64,000 bases of DNA from an uncultured Clostridia bacterium (GCA_937874275.1 CALNAU010000101.1:9288-73287), one strand, 5' to 3'; shown: positions 51,608-61,594, numbered from the stretch's first letter. Notes: generated by a model not told the origin, from the sequence alone. A program made the numbers and translations.

Positions 51608-53632
51608 TTACGCCTTCACAATTTTGTAGTAGCTGTGCGCTGTCTTCCAATACACCGCGATGTAGAACAGCGCGAAGCCCAGGTAGGCGGCCAGCGTCAC
51701 CATCGCCAACAGCTTGGTATTGGTCAGCATCATCAGGTTGAGCACCTTGGATGTGATATTAAAGGCAGCTAGCAGGTGCAGCCCCGCCATCAGCAGCGGC
51801 AGGAAGAACACCATCAGCACCTGACTTTTGATGGAGGCCTTCACCTCCTCCTTGCTCATGCCCACCTGCTGCATAATCAGGAAGCGCCCCTTGTCCTCAT
51901 ACCCTTCGCTGACCTGCTTGTAATAGATGAGCAGCACCATGGCCATGATGAACACCAGGCCCAGGAACACCGTTACAAACAGCATCCCGCCATACAACGC
52001 GTTGAAGTCTGTGCGGTCAACGGCGATGTGGTTTGATATGATGCTGTACCCGCCATCGTTGTTCTCACGCATAAGTTGCGAAGAGCGCTCGCGGATTCCG
52101 CGCATCATCTCCTGGGCTGCCTCGGGTGCCAGAAGGCCTGTGTTGAAGGCGAAGTTGATGGACGGATACAGGGGGTTGGCCAGCCGGATGGCCTCGGGGC
52201 GCTGCTGATTGATGGCCTGCACGATGGCATCCTTATCCGCGGGGGATAGCACGAGCAACTGATACTCCATGACCATATTGGCCCGGTTGTTCAGCGGTGC
52301 GACGGCATCCAGGTATCGGAGGATGCGAATCGTGTGTCCGCCGATGGTGACCGTTTCAGGTAGCCGCTGCTTGGTGGTAAAGGCCAGGGCTTCCCCGGAT
52401 GCGAGCGATACCTCCTGCTGCGTGGCCGCCGCATAGTCATCCGCCGAAACCAACTCTACCGTCATGCGTGGGGACAGGCCATCCCAGCCATCTTCATCCT
52501 CATGGAAGCGGATGGCACCGTTATCAAGGGAGGCCCGGAAGGAGACGCTGGGATAGCGCGCCATATCCTGCACCGAGGCTCCCGCGCGCTGCACCTCCTG
52601 GGCAAAAATGGCCTCTATCTTCGCCGCCTGCTCATCTGTGCGCAAGGGGTAGAGGGTCATCATGGCCTCGCGCGGATACCGCTCGCGCAATACATCTTCC
52701 CGCCCAGCAAACACGCTGGCTGTTGCTGCCACCATCACCAGCACCATGGTGCTCAGGATACAAATGCTGGCCAGGCCGGCGGCGTTGCGGTTCATGCGGT
52801 GGCGCATGCCGGCCACCACGCTGAAGTGCTTGGGCTGGTAGTAGAAGCGCTGGTTGCGCTGCATCATGCGCAGCACGCTGATGCTGCCGGCGATGAACAG
52901 GGCATAGGTGGCCACAATCACCAGCACCACCGCGATGAAAAACTGGGGCAGCGCTTTGAGCGCCGACTGTGCCCTGAGCGAGATGCCGTAGCCGCCCAGC
53001 AGACACGCGGCACCCACCATGGCCAGCAGCGTGCGGGCGCGGGGCGCCTTTTCGCCCAGGCTCTCGCCGCGCAGCAGTTCCACCGGCCGGGCCAGGTGCA
53101 CCTGCCGCAGGGTGTTGAGCAGGGTGAGCAGGTGGATGGCGCCAAACACCATGATGGTGGCGGGGATAAAGCCACTGGGGATATCCAGCGAACCGATTTG
53201 CTCTATGCCCAGCAACTTCAGCATCAGCAGGTACATCAGCCGGCTGAACAGCGCGCCTAGCAGCATGCCCACACCGGTGGACGCCACGCCCACGAGGATG
53301 GTTTCAATGGCCAGCACCCAGCCGATGTGCTTTTTCTCCATGCCCAGGATGTTGAACAGGCCAAACTCCTTGCGCCTGCGCTTGATGAGAAAGCTGTGGG
53401 TGTAGAACAGGAAAACAATCGCAAACAGAATCATGACCCACACGCCGAAATTGAGTGCGCCCTGTATGGTGCGGCCGCCGTAGGCATTGTGCAGAGATTG
53501 GGTGCCCGCCAGCACGCCCATGATGAAGAAGATGGCGACCATGCCGGTACAGCTCAGCGCGTAGGGCAGGTAGCTCTGGCGGTTGCGGCGGATGTTTTGC
53601 AGCGCCAGGTCAGAAAAAAACTTGCCGTTCAC
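51608..53632 (-). CDS. FtsX-family ABC transporter permease, BceB-type (10 TM, large extracellular domain)
   Basis: 674 aa. Two FtsX modules separated by a ~200-aa loop. Its start overlaps the ATPase stop by 4 nt. Confidence 0.8.
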   Translation of the reverse strand: MNGKFFSDLALQNIRRNRQSYLPYALSCTGMVAIFFIMGVLAGTQSLHNAYGGRTIQGALNFGVWVMILFAIVFLFYTHSFLIKRRRKEFGLFNILGMEKKHIGWVLAIETILVGVASTGVGMLLGALFSRLMYLLMLKLLGIEQIGSLDIPSGFIPATIMVFGAIHLLTLLNTLRQVHLARPVELLRGESLGEKAPRARTLLAMVGAACLLGGYGISLRAQSALKALPQFFIAVVLVIVATYALFIAGSISVLRMMQRNQRFYYQPKHFSVVAGMRHRMNRNAAGLASICILSTMVLVMVAATASVFAGREDVLRERYPREAMMTLYPLRTDEQAAKIEAIFAQEVQRAGASVQDMARYPSVSFRASLDNGAIRFHEDEDGWDGLSPRMTVELVSADDYAAATQQEVSLASGEALAFTTKQRLPETVTIGGHTIRILRYLDAVAPLNNRANMVMEYQLLVLSPADKDAIVQAINQQRPEAIRLANPLYPSINFAFNTGLLAPEAAQEMMRGIRERSSQLMRENNDGGYSIISNHIAVDRTDFNALYGGMLFVTVFLGLVFIMAMVLLIYYKQVSEGYEDKGRFLIMQQVGMSKEEVKASIKSQVLMVFFLPLLMAGLHLLAAFNITSKVLNLMMLTNTKLLAMVTLAAYLGFALFYIAVYWKTAHSYYKIVKA

Positions 53633-54396
53633 TGCGCGTCGCCTCCCGTCATCAGCGCGGCCTGTGCATCGGCTATCTGTTGAAACAGCGAGGCGCGGCT
53701 CATGTCCCCCCGGTAAATCTGATGGAAGATTTGGCCATCCTTGATAAACAGTATGCGCTTGGCATGGCTGGCGGCTTTGGTGGAGTGGGTCACCATGAGG
53801 ATGGTCTGCCCCTGGCGGTTGACCTCCTCAAATATATCCAGCAGCCCATCGGTGGCGCGGGAGTCCAGCGCGCCGGTCGGCTCGTCGGCCAGCAGCAGGC
53901 GTGGGCCGGTGATCAGCGCGCGGGCGATGGCGGCGCGTTGTTTTTCACCGCCGGACACCTCGTAGGGATATTTGGCCAGCAGTTGCTCAATGCCCAGGCG
54001 CTGGGCCAGCGGCTTGATGCGCAGGGCCATTTCGGTGGGGCCAACATGGCCCGACAGCACCAGCGGGAGGTAGATGTTATCGCGGATGGAGAAGGTGTCC
54101 AACAGGTTGAAATCCTGAAAGACAAACCCGAGGTTTTCCCGGCGGAAGGCGGCAAGCTCCTTTTCCGGGATATCCCCCATGGGCTTGCCATCCAATAGCA
54201 CTTCGCCCGAGGTGGGTTGATCCAGGGCTGCCAGGATGTTCAGCAGCGTGGACTTGCCGGAACCGGACTCGCCCATGATGGCGACGTATTCGCCCTCCTC
54301 GACGGAAAAGTTGATATCGCGCAATGCCTCCACCCGGTTGCCGCCAAAGCGTGTGATGTATACCTTCCTGATGTTGTTGACGTCCAATATGGCCAT
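53629..54396 (-). CDS. ABC transporter ATP-binding protein, BceA-type
   Basis: Track ORF 53629..54441 trimmed to ATG 54396 behind GAAAGGAG. Walker A GESGSGKST, signature VSGGEKQR, Walker B LLLADEPT. Confidence 0.85.
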   Translation of the reverse strand: MAILDVNNIRKVYITRFGGNRVEALRDINFSVEEGEYVAIMGESGSGKSTLLNILAALDQPTSGEVLLDGKPMGDIPEKELAAFRRENLGFVFQDFNLLDTFSIRDNIYLPLVLSGHVGPTEMALRIKPLAQRLGIEQLLAKYPYEVSGGEKQRAAIARALITGPRLLLADEPTGALDSRATDGLLDIFEEVNRQGQTILMVTHSTKAASHAKRILFIKDGQIFHQIYRGDMSRASLFQQIADAQAALMTGGDAQ

Positions 54397-54489
54397 GTGT
54401 TCTGGCGCTCCTTTCCCTTGGATGGGCTCAGCATAGCGCAACGCGGCAGCCCTTGCCTTAGCCCAGCCTTACAAAAGGGGTGGGTTGGG

Positions 54490-54503
54490 TGACAATTTTG
54501 TCA
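54490..54503 (-). promoter_or_regulatory. candidate BceR-type response-regulator operator upstream of the transporter genes
   Basis: Perfect inverted repeat TGACA-ATTT-TGTCA, 10 nt after the kinase stop and about 100 nt before the ATPase ATG. Confidence 0.5.
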
Positions 54504-54512
54504 TATTGGCCG

Positions 54513-55529
54513 TTATTCAACATCCGCACCTTCGGGCGGGAAGCGAAGCATGGCCTGTGTGCCCTGCCCGGGCTGTGCGTCCAACCGCACACCGATGCCC
54601 AGCCGACGGCATACCTCGCGGCATAAAAACAGGCCGATGCCGGTGGACTCCCTGTCTACCCGGCCATTGTAGCCGGTGAAGCCCTGCTCAAATACGCGGG
54701 GCAAATCCTGCGGGCTGATGCCGATGCCGGTGTCACTTACCGTCAGGGTGCGCGTATCGGCTGCCCACGCGATGCGCACGCCGCCCTTGGCTGTGTATTT
54801 GATTGCGTTGCTCAGCAGTTGCTCCAACGCCAGGCTCAGCCACTTCTCGTCGCTGCGCTGCACCGTTCCCTTGGGGACGTCGATTTGCAGGCTGAGCCCC
54901 TTGGCGACAAACATGGCCGCGAATTTGCGCGCCAAGCGGGCACAGACCTCCTGCAGGTCACAGGGGGCGAACACAAAGTCGCTGGCCTGGCTGTCCAGGC
55001 GCATATAGTGCAGGGCCATCTCGGCGTACTGTTCAATCTTGAACAGCTCGCCGGACAGCTGGCGGGCCATGCGGTTGTCCTCCTGCGCCAGCAACAGGCG
55101 CATGGCGGCAATCGGCGTCTTGATCTGATGGCCCCACAGGGTATAGTAGTCGGTCATTTGGCGGTAGCGCTGGTCATCCGATGTGACGCGCCTGCGGTAC
55201 AGCGCCTCCATGGCGGTGAGCAGACGGCCTGCGGCCTGCTCACCGGGCTCAATAGGCACAGGCAGGTAAGTCAGCGATTCGGGCAAGCCCTCTTCCAGAT
55301 GGAGGATCGCCCGGTATCGGGCGCGCGAGCGTAGATAATCCACCACAAATACCAGCGCCAGCGGAAGCAGGCACAGCAGCCCGGCATAGGCCGCGGCATG
55401 CCAGGCGACGCGGTATGCCCACAGCACCAGCGCGAAAATCAGCGTGCAGCACAGCAGCAGCACCAGCGCCATCGCCCGGCTGCGCAACCAGAACAGAAAA
55501 AGGGGCTTGTCGGTACTTTGCTTGCTCAT
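54513..55529 (-). CDS. sensor histidine kinase, BceS-type (intramembrane-sensing, minimal extracellular loop)
   Basis: 338 aa. Two N-terminal TM helices, H-box WGHQIKTPI, and an HATPase_c domain (DTGIGI, GIGLFL). Confidence 0.85.
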   Translation of the reverse strand: MSKQSTDKPLFLFWLRSRAMALVLLLCCTLIFALVLWAYRVAWHAAAYAGLLCLLPLALVFVVDYLRSRARYRAILHLEEGLPESLTYLPVPIEPGEQAAGRLLTAMEALYRRRVTSDDQRYRQMTDYYTLWGHQIKTPIAAMRLLLAQEDNRMARQLSGELFKIEQYAEMALHYMRLDSQASDFVFAPCDLQEVCARLARKFAAMFVAKGLSLQIDVPKGTVQRSDEKWLSLALEQLLSNAIKYTAKGGVRIAWAADTRTLTVSDTGIGISPQDLPRVFEQGFTGYNGRVDRESTGIGLFLCREVCRRLGIGVRLDAQPGQGTQAMLRFPPEGADVE

Positions 55530-56197
55530 CCCAGCAGATACCCCTCGCCCTTGCGCGTCTGAATGTAGTCTTGCGCGCCCAGCCCGTCTAACTTGCGCCG
55601 CAGGCGCGCCACATTGACGGTGAGGGTGTTCTCATCAATGTAGCTGTCGGTTTCCCACAGGCGGGTCATCAACAGCTCGCGAGAGACCACCTGCCCGCGG
55701 TGTTCCATCAGGGTTTGCAGGATGCGGTTTTCATTGCGGGTCAGCGCGGCTTGCTCCCCCGCGTAGTGCGCGGTAGCCTCGGCCGGGTTGTGCAGCAGGC
55801 CCCGGTGCTCGTGCACCGGTGTGGCCGGGGCAAATCCGTAGGCACGGCGCAGAAGCGCCTCTACCTTGGCGGCCAACACGCCCAGGTCAAAGGGTTTGGC
55901 AATCAGGTCGTCCGCGCCCATGTTCATCGCGGTGACGGCGGTCAAGTTGTCACCGGCCGAAGTGAGAAACAATATCGGCACGGTGGATATCCTGCGAATC
56001 TCCCGGCACCAGTGAAACCCACCGTAGCGGGGCAGCTTCAAATCCAGCAGCACCATTTGGGGGTCGAAATCAGCAAAGTCCCGCATCACCTGTTCAAAGT
56101 CCGTCACGATGCGGGTCTCATAGCCCCAGCCGCGAAGTGAGTCGGCTACCGCCCCCGCGATGATGGGGTCATCTTCCACAATGAGCAGTCTGTACAT
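55526..56197 (-). CDS. OmpR-family response regulator, BceR-type
   Basis: Track ORF 55526..56212 trimmed to ATG 56197 behind GAAGGAG. Receiver domain (LLIVEDD, VLLDLKLP) plus a winged-helix output domain. 4-nt overlap with the kinase gene. Confidence 0.85.
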   Translation of the reverse strand: MYRLLIVEDDPIIAGAVADSLRGWGYETRIVTDFEQVMRDFADFDPQMVLLDLKLPRYGGFHWCREIRRISTVPILFLTSAGDNLTAVTAMNMGADDLIAKPFDLGVLAAKVEALLRRAYGFAPATPVHEHRGLLHNPAEATAHYAGEQAALTRNENRILQTLMEHRGQVVSRELLMTRLWETDSYIDENTLTVNVARLRRKLDGLGAQDYIQTRKGEGYLLG

Positions 56198-56208
56198 GTA
56201 TATCTCCT

Positions 56209-57045
56209 TCAAGCGATGGTGTTGCGCAGCGGGGGCAGCCCCTCAATCATCACTTCCATCTCATCCCCCGGTTGCAGCCAGTGGCGCCGGTCCTCCGGAT
56301 AGCCCTGGATGACGCCCTCGGGTGTGCCGGTGAGTATCACGTCGCCGGGGGACAGCGTGATGGTCTGGGAGATGTAGTGGATGAGCTGCGCGCAGCCGAA
56401 AATCATGTCGCCGGTGTTGGCCTGCTGGCGGGGCTGGCCGTTGAGCGTCAGCGAGATGGTCAGGTTGTCCGGGTCGATGCCGTCCAACGTGCGCATCGCA
56501 GGCCCCAGCGGGCAGAAACCGTCGGGCGTCTTGCCCAGCAGCCATTGGCTGGAGCGGAACTGCAGGTCTCTGGCCGACAGGTCGTTGGCGCAGGTGATGG
56601 CAAACACGTGGTTCAGCGCGTCCCGCTTGGCAATGTGCTTGCCGCTGCGGCCAATGATCAGCGCCAGCTCGGCCTCGTAATCGCATTGATGGGCTGCCGC
56701 AGGCAATTGGATAGCTTCCCCATGCGCGGCCAGCGCGTTGGAAAACTTGGAAAACAGCACCGGCTCCTGCGGCAGCGGCAGGCCCACCTCCTCCAGGTGG
56801 CGGCGGTAGTTGGTGCCCACGCAAATGATTTTGCCGCCGGCGGGTACGGCGGGCAGCCAGTGCGGGGCGCCGATGGGCGCGCCCGTCAGCGCCCGCTTCA
56901 CGGTGGCGGCCAATTCATCCCCAAGGTTGATGACCGCCATCAAATCCAGGGCTTGACCATCCCCGCCCAACAGGGGATACCAGGCATTGTGCCCCTGTAC
57001 ACACATCCCCGGCTGTCCCTGAAAATCCAGTCTGCCCAGCAGCAT
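56209..57045 (-). CDS. fumarylacetoacetate hydrolase family protein
   Basis: 278 aa. AAAGGAGG RBS. FAH-fold motifs (KIICVGTNYRRH, YEAELALIIG, GTPEGV). Confidence 0.8.
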   Translation of the reverse strand: MLLGRLDFQGQPGMCVQGHNAWYPLLGGDGQALDLMAVINLGDELAATVKRALTGAPIGAPHWLPAVPAGGKIICVGTNYRRHLEEVGLPLPQEPVLFSKFSNALAAHGEAIQLPAAAHQCDYEAELALIIGRSGKHIAKRDALNHVFAITCANDLSARDLQFRSSQWLLGKTPDGFCPLGPAMRTLDGIDPDNLTISLTLNGQPRQQANTGDMIFGCAQLIHYISQTITLSPGDVILTGTPEGVIQGYPEDRRHWLQPGDEMEVMIEGLPPLRNTIA

Positions 57046-57148
57046 ATCGCCTCCTTTGGCCCGCGCTGTGTGAAATCTGCGCGCGGGCGCTTCTTTTGGC
57101 CATTTGCGTGTATACTATCACAGAAAGAACGCATTGCAAGGAGGCAAC

Positions 57149-57811
57149 ATGTCCCTGACGCTTGAACAAGTCAAACGTAACGAGGAGGTTCGCGCCTATA
57201 TTCAAAAGGCGGACGAATCCTTGATTGTGCTGGGGTATACGGAGCACAGCTTCGCCCACGTCACCAAGACGGCGGTCACCGCCGCGCGCATCCTGCGCGA
57301 GGTGGGCCGCGATGAACACCAGCAGGAGCTGGCCGCCGTGGCCGGCTACATGCACGACATCGGAAACGTGGTCAACCGCAACGGCCACGAGCGCTCGGGC
57401 GCGCTGATGGCTTTTGACCTGCTGCGGGAGATGGGCGCGCAGCCCGATGAAATCGCCGCCGTCATCACTGCCATCGGCCACCACGATGAGGGCACAGCCT
57501 TCCCGGTCAGCGACATCGCCGCCGCCCTGATTATCGCCGACAAGACCGATGTGCGCCGCAGCCGGGTGAGAAACAAGGACACCATCACCTTTGACATCCA
57601 CGATCGCGTCAATTACGCGGTAGAGAAAAACGACCTGGTCATCGATGGAGCGGCGGGCGAAATCGCGCTCAAGCTGGTGATTGACACGAAGGTCTGCCCC
57701 ATCTCCGAGTATTTTGAGATTTTCCTCACCCGCATGCTGCTGTGCCGCAAGGCCGCCGAGCGGCTGATGCTGAGGTTCAGCCTGGAAATCAACGGACAGG
57801 TCATGATGTGA
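57149..57811 (+). CDS. HD-domain phosphohydrolase
   Basis: Track ORF 57104..57811 trimmed to ATG 57149 behind AAGGAGG. Motifs HSFAHV ... YMHDIGN ... IGHHDE. Confidence 0.75.
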   Translation: MSLTLEQVKRNEEVRAYIQKADESLIVLGYTEHSFAHVTKTAVTAARILREVGRDEHQQELAAVAGYMHDIGNVVNRNGHERSGALMAFDLLREMGAQPDEIAAVITAIGHHDEGTAFPVSDIAAALIIADKTDVRRSRVRNKDTITFDIHDRVNYAVEKNDLVIDGAAGEIALKLVIDTKVCPISEYFEIFLTRMLLCRKAAERLMLRFSLEINGQVMM

Positions 57812-57846
57812 GCAGGCTGGCGGCCATCCGGGGAGCGCAGCCTCTT

Positions 57847-58629
57847 ATGCGCTGCCCGCTGTGCCATCAGGGGATGGAGACAGCGGGGCAAAGCCTGCGC
57901 TGCGCCAGCGGGCACAACTGGGATATGGCCGCGCGCGGGTATGTCAACTTCATCACCAACCGGCGGGGCGGCGCGCCCTATGACGCCGCCTCCTTCGACC
58001 ATCGCCGGCGCTTCATGCAGGCAGGGTACTACCGCCATGTAGAGGAGGCGCTGGCACAGGCATTGATTGACGCGCCGCCCGGCCCGGTGGTGGACGCGGG
58101 CTGCGGCGAGGGGTGGTTCTCCGCCCGGTTGTCCGAGGCGGCGGACCGGCAGGTGATGGCGCTGGACTATGCCAAGGAGGCGGTGCAGCGGGCAGCCGGG
58201 CTAAGTAGGGCGGTGTGCTGGCTGGTGGGCGACATCGCCAACCTGCCGCTGAAGGATTACTGCGCCGCGGCGGTGGTCAACGCCTTCGCGCCGGCCAATT
58301 ACGCGGAATTTGCCCGTGTGCTGCGCCCGGACGGGCTGTTGGTCAAGGTGATTCCCGGCGTGCGCCACCTGCAGGAACTGCGGCTGGCGGCCCGCGGGCA
58401 ACTGCCTGAAGGGGAATACTCTGCCCAGCCGGTGGCCGAGCACTTTGCCAGGCACTTCGCGGACATGTCCCGCCGCACCGTCAGCATGACCCTGCCCCTG
58501 ACGCAGGAGGCGCTGGACGACCTGCTGCGCATGACACCCCTGATGTTTGGGGTCGATTTGGATGCAATCGATCGCTCGCTGCTTTCCGCCATCACCGTCG
58601 AGGCTGAGGTGCTGGCGGGGCGGGCATAG
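57847..58629 (+). CDS. rlmA: 23S rRNA (guanine-N1)-methyltransferase RlmA-like
   Basis: N-terminal zinc motif MRCPLCHQ...LRCASGHNWDMAARGYVNFI, then a class-I SAM methyltransferase domain (VVDAGCGEG). An alternative GTG start at 57808 overlaps the upstream stop. Confidence 0.7.
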   Translation: MRCPLCHQGMETAGQSLRCASGHNWDMAARGYVNFITNRRGGAPYDAASFDHRRRFMQAGYYRHVEEALAQALIDAPPGPVVDAGCGEGWFSARLSEAADRQVMALDYAKEAVQRAAGLSRAVCWLVGDIANLPLKDYCAAAVVNAFAPANYAEFARVLRPDGLLVKVIPGVRHLQELRLAARGQLPEGEYSAQPVAEHFARHFADMSRRTVSMTLPLTQEALDDLLRMTPLMFGVDLDAIDRSLLSAITVEAEVLAGRA

Positions 58630-58644
58630 GAGGGGGATGATGCA

Positions 58645-59061
58645 GTGAAAAAATACATGTATCTCATCGTACTATGCTTGATCACCTCCTTGCTTTCCGG
58701 CTGCATTGACAGGCCGTCAAAAGAGGAAATTGGCCGACTGGTCCGTGAGAACGAAAAAACGCTGAGAATGTCCATCCAGAACAATGACTATGAGGCGGCC
58801 TTGGAGATACCGGGCATCCAGGAAATGAAGCTACGGAAGGGTATTCCGTTTTTCTATTGCGGCGGCGCGGGGTTTGGGCCAAGCACGGCTTACTTTGGGT
58901 TCTATTATTCAGAAAATGATCAGAGATTGAATTTCATGCCGGCGTATGAGTTGATGCCATTTGGTGAAGGCTGGGAGGCCAAGCAGGAGCATCCCGGGGA
59001 TAATCGCTGCTACACAGAACGGATTTTGCCGCAGTTTTTTTACCTTGAAGAATTCTATTAG
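58645..59061 (+). CDS. hypothetical lipoprotein (138 aa) in a low-GC segment
   Basis: GTG start after GGAGGGGGA. Lipobox LLSGC. Local G+C is well below the flanks. Confidence 0.55.
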   Translation: MKKYMYLIVLCLITSLLSGCIDRPSKEEIGRLVRENEKTLRMSIQNNDYEAALEIPGIQEMKLRKGIPFFYCGGAGFGPSTAYFGFYYSENDQRLNFMPAYELMPFGEGWEAKQEHPGDNRCYTERILPQFFYLEEFY

Positions 59062-59147
59062 CAGACAAAGAATGCATTGATTTACCAAATGATACGATAA
59101 TTCCGGGCAGGAACGAACTTAAAACAAATTGTCAGGAGGGCGTCACC

Positions 59148-60014
59148 ATGATCATCACCTTGAAAAACGACCGGCTGACCGTGCAGATTGACACGCTGGG
59201 CGCGGAGCTGCAGTCGATTACCGGCATCGACGGTACGGAGTACCTGTGGGACGGCGACGAAAAGTATTGGGGCAACCGCGCCACCAACCTCTTTCCCTAT
59301 GTGGGCAGGCTGACCAATCAGACCTATACCGTGGGCGGAAAGGCCTATCAGATGGGCATCCACGGCTTTTTGCGCCATCAGGAGACCGAGCCCAGGGATG
59401 TGACCGATACGCATGTGCTGTGTGAGACGCGGGACACGCCGGACACGCTGGCCCAGTACCCCTTTCCCTTCGTGATGGGGGTGGACTATCGCTTGGATGG
59501 CGACATGCTGCACATCGCCTACCGCGTACGCAACATGGGGGAGGCCACCATGTACTTTGGTGTGGGCGGGCACCCCGGGTTCCGCGTGCCGCTGGAAAAG
59601 GGCTTCCGGTTTGAGGACTATGCCCTGGCCTTTGAGGGGGAAAGCCGGCGCTGGCTGCTGTCGGATAACTATGCCATCACCGGGCAGACCGAGCCTTTCC
59701 CCATGTCGGAGGGCGTGCTGCCCCTGCGCCACGCATTGTTTGACCACGATGCCATCATCCTGGAGAACGAGGGCCGCCAGGCCCGGCTGTTCAGCCCCAA
59801 GGGGCAGCGCGCCGTCACCCTGCGCCACCCGGATATGCCCTACCTGGGCCTGTGGCACAAGCCGCACAGCGACGCGCCCTATGTATGCCTGGAGCCCTGG
59901 CTTAGCCTGCCCGCCCGCGAGGGCGTGGTGGAGGCCTTTGAGACCCAGCCCGGTCTGGTGCACCTGGCCGCCGGCGAGGCATACGAAAATGCCTGGAGCA
60001 TTCAGTTTGCGTAA
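59148..60014 (+). CDS. aldose 1-epimerase family protein (LacX/galactose mutarotase-like)
   Basis: 288 aa. CAGGAGGG RBS. Motifs GAELQSI..., LFPYVGRL, GGHPGF. Confidence 0.75.
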   Translation: MIITLKNDRLTVQIDTLGAELQSITGIDGTEYLWDGDEKYWGNRATNLFPYVGRLTNQTYTVGGKAYQMGIHGFLRHQETEPRDVTDTHVLCETRDTPDTLAQYPFPFVMGVDYRLDGDMLHIAYRVRNMGEATMYFGVGGHPGFRVPLEKGFRFEDYALAFEGESRRWLLSDNYAITGQTEPFPMSEGVLPLRHALFDHDAIILENEGRQARLFSPKGQRAVTLRHPDMPYLGLWHKPHSDAPYVCLEPWLSLPAREGVVEAFETQPGLVHLAAGEAYENAWSIQFA

Positions 60015-60203
60015 GCCATTTCTCTGACCAAAGCCCGCGCACGGAATAAAGTCATATCGCTCACCCCGTCGTCCAAGGCATGGAGGTTTCGTCCAACGTG
60101 GAGCACTTTTGAACGAAAAGGCAGTTTTGCATTTGGTCCCTGCTTTGCGTATACTGTTTGTTATCGCATGAACAAACACCCTTTGAGGAACGGGAGGAAC
60201 ACC

Positions 60204-61577
60204 ATGAGAATACTGCTTGGATGTCTTTTGCTGACCGCGTTGCTGGCGTTGCCTGTGCTGTCCCTGGCCGAAGCGCCGTTTGTCACGGGCTTTGTGGAGG
60301 GTGAGGCCCTCAAGGAAGGCACGCTGTCCGGTCTGGTGTGGGCGCAGGATGGCATCTCGTTATCACCGGGGGAGACTGAGGGCATCTACACATCGCCCGA
60401 GTTGGCGGTGCAGCCCTTTGAGTACGCCATCCTCAGCTGGAACGCGGATACCCCGGCGGGGGCGTCCTTGGAGGCGGAAGCCCGCTTCTGGCATCGGGAG
60501 CAAGGGGCGTGGACGCCGTGGCTCAGCTGGGGCACGTGGGATCGTACCCCCAAGCGCACCTCCCGCTCGTCCAGCTATGAGCTGGCTGCCATCAGCTATG
60601 ACACCGCCTGGGTAACGGGCGATGGCGTGCGCGCGGACAAGCTGCAATTGCGCGTCACCCTGCGGGGTGAAGGGGCGAGGCTGCGCCGCCTTGCCTACAC
60701 GCTGCATGATACGGGCGTCGCCGAGCGGCCTGTTGACGCGGCGCATCAGGGGGCGGTGACGGACGGGCAGCTGGCCTATGCGCAGGGGATTCGGGAGAGC
60801 ACCATCGCCTCGGTCATGTGCTCGGCCGTGACCACCTGTACCCAGTTGAATCTGGCGGGCGAGGAGTATTTGCCCGAGGAAATGGCGCTCATGCAGTATG
60901 ATGCCGCGCTCAACGGCTACGGCAACTGGAGTTTCAACATGGCGCTGGCGGGCGAACTGGGCTATAAGGCCTATGTGACCTATGCCGATGAGGAGGAGCT
61001 GCTGCGCCTGCTGGACCAGGGCCGGGCGGTGGGCATGTCGGTGCGGTATTCGGACAAGCCGGATGGCGGGCAGCCCTATTTGGAGGGCGCACCCATGACC
61101 ACCGACGGGCACTTGATTACCGTGCGCGGCTATGAGGTGGATGGGGACGGGCGTTGGTACCTGGTATCGGACTCCGCGGCGGCCACCGACGAAGCCGCAT
61201 TCATGCGCTACCGGGGCAGCCAGCTGATGGACGCCTGGACCAGCCGCATCCTGTATGTGGTAGAGCGCAAGGAAGCAAATAGCCAGGCCATTCGGCGCGT
61301 ACCCGTTGCGCTAAAGGCCACGGACAAGGCGGGCGTATACGCGCTGGCGGACGCACCGGACAAGGCGGTCTTCCTGGGCTTTACCGGCGGCGCGCGTAAC
61401 AAGCCGGGCGGCGGTTACCTGGCCTATCAGCTGGATGGGCAGCCCGGCACGCGCTTTGATGCCAAGGCGGCCGGTGATAACCTGGTGAAGTTTCCGGACG
61501 ATGTGGCAGTGGACACGGCCACGCTGTATGTGATGACCAATACCGGCGTCACCTACGTGGCTCGACTGGGGAAATAG
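60204..61577 (+). CDS. secreted C39-like cysteine peptidase domain protein (peptidase_C39_2-type) with N-terminal domain of unknown function
   Basis: Track ORF 60168..61577 trimmed to ATG 60204 behind GGGAGG. Signal peptide present. Candidate catalytic Cys (ASVMCSAV) and His (TDGHLITVRGY). Confidence 0.55.
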   Translation: MRILLGCLLLTALLALPVLSLAEAPFVTGFVEGEALKEGTLSGLVWAQDGISLSPGETEGIYTSPELAVQPFEYAILSWNADTPAGASLEAEARFWHREQGAWTPWLSWGTWDRTPKRTSRSSSYELAAISYDTAWVTGDGVRADKLQLRVTLRGEGARLRRLAYTLHDTGVAERPVDAAHQGAVTDGQLAYAQGIRESTIASVMCSAVTTCTQLNLAGEEYLPEEMALMQYDAALNGYGNWSFNMALAGELGYKAYVTYADEEELLRLLDQGRAVGMSVRYSDKPDGGQPYLEGAPMTTDGHLITVRGYEVDGDGRWYLVSDSAAATDEAAFMRYRGSQLMDAWTSRILYVVERKEANSQAIRRVPVALKATDKAGVYALADAPDKAVFLGFTGGARNKPGGGYLAYQLDGQPGTRFDAKAAGDNLVKFPDDVAVDTATLYVMTNTGVTYVARLGK

Positions 61578-61594
61578 GGTTTAATTTGCAAAGG

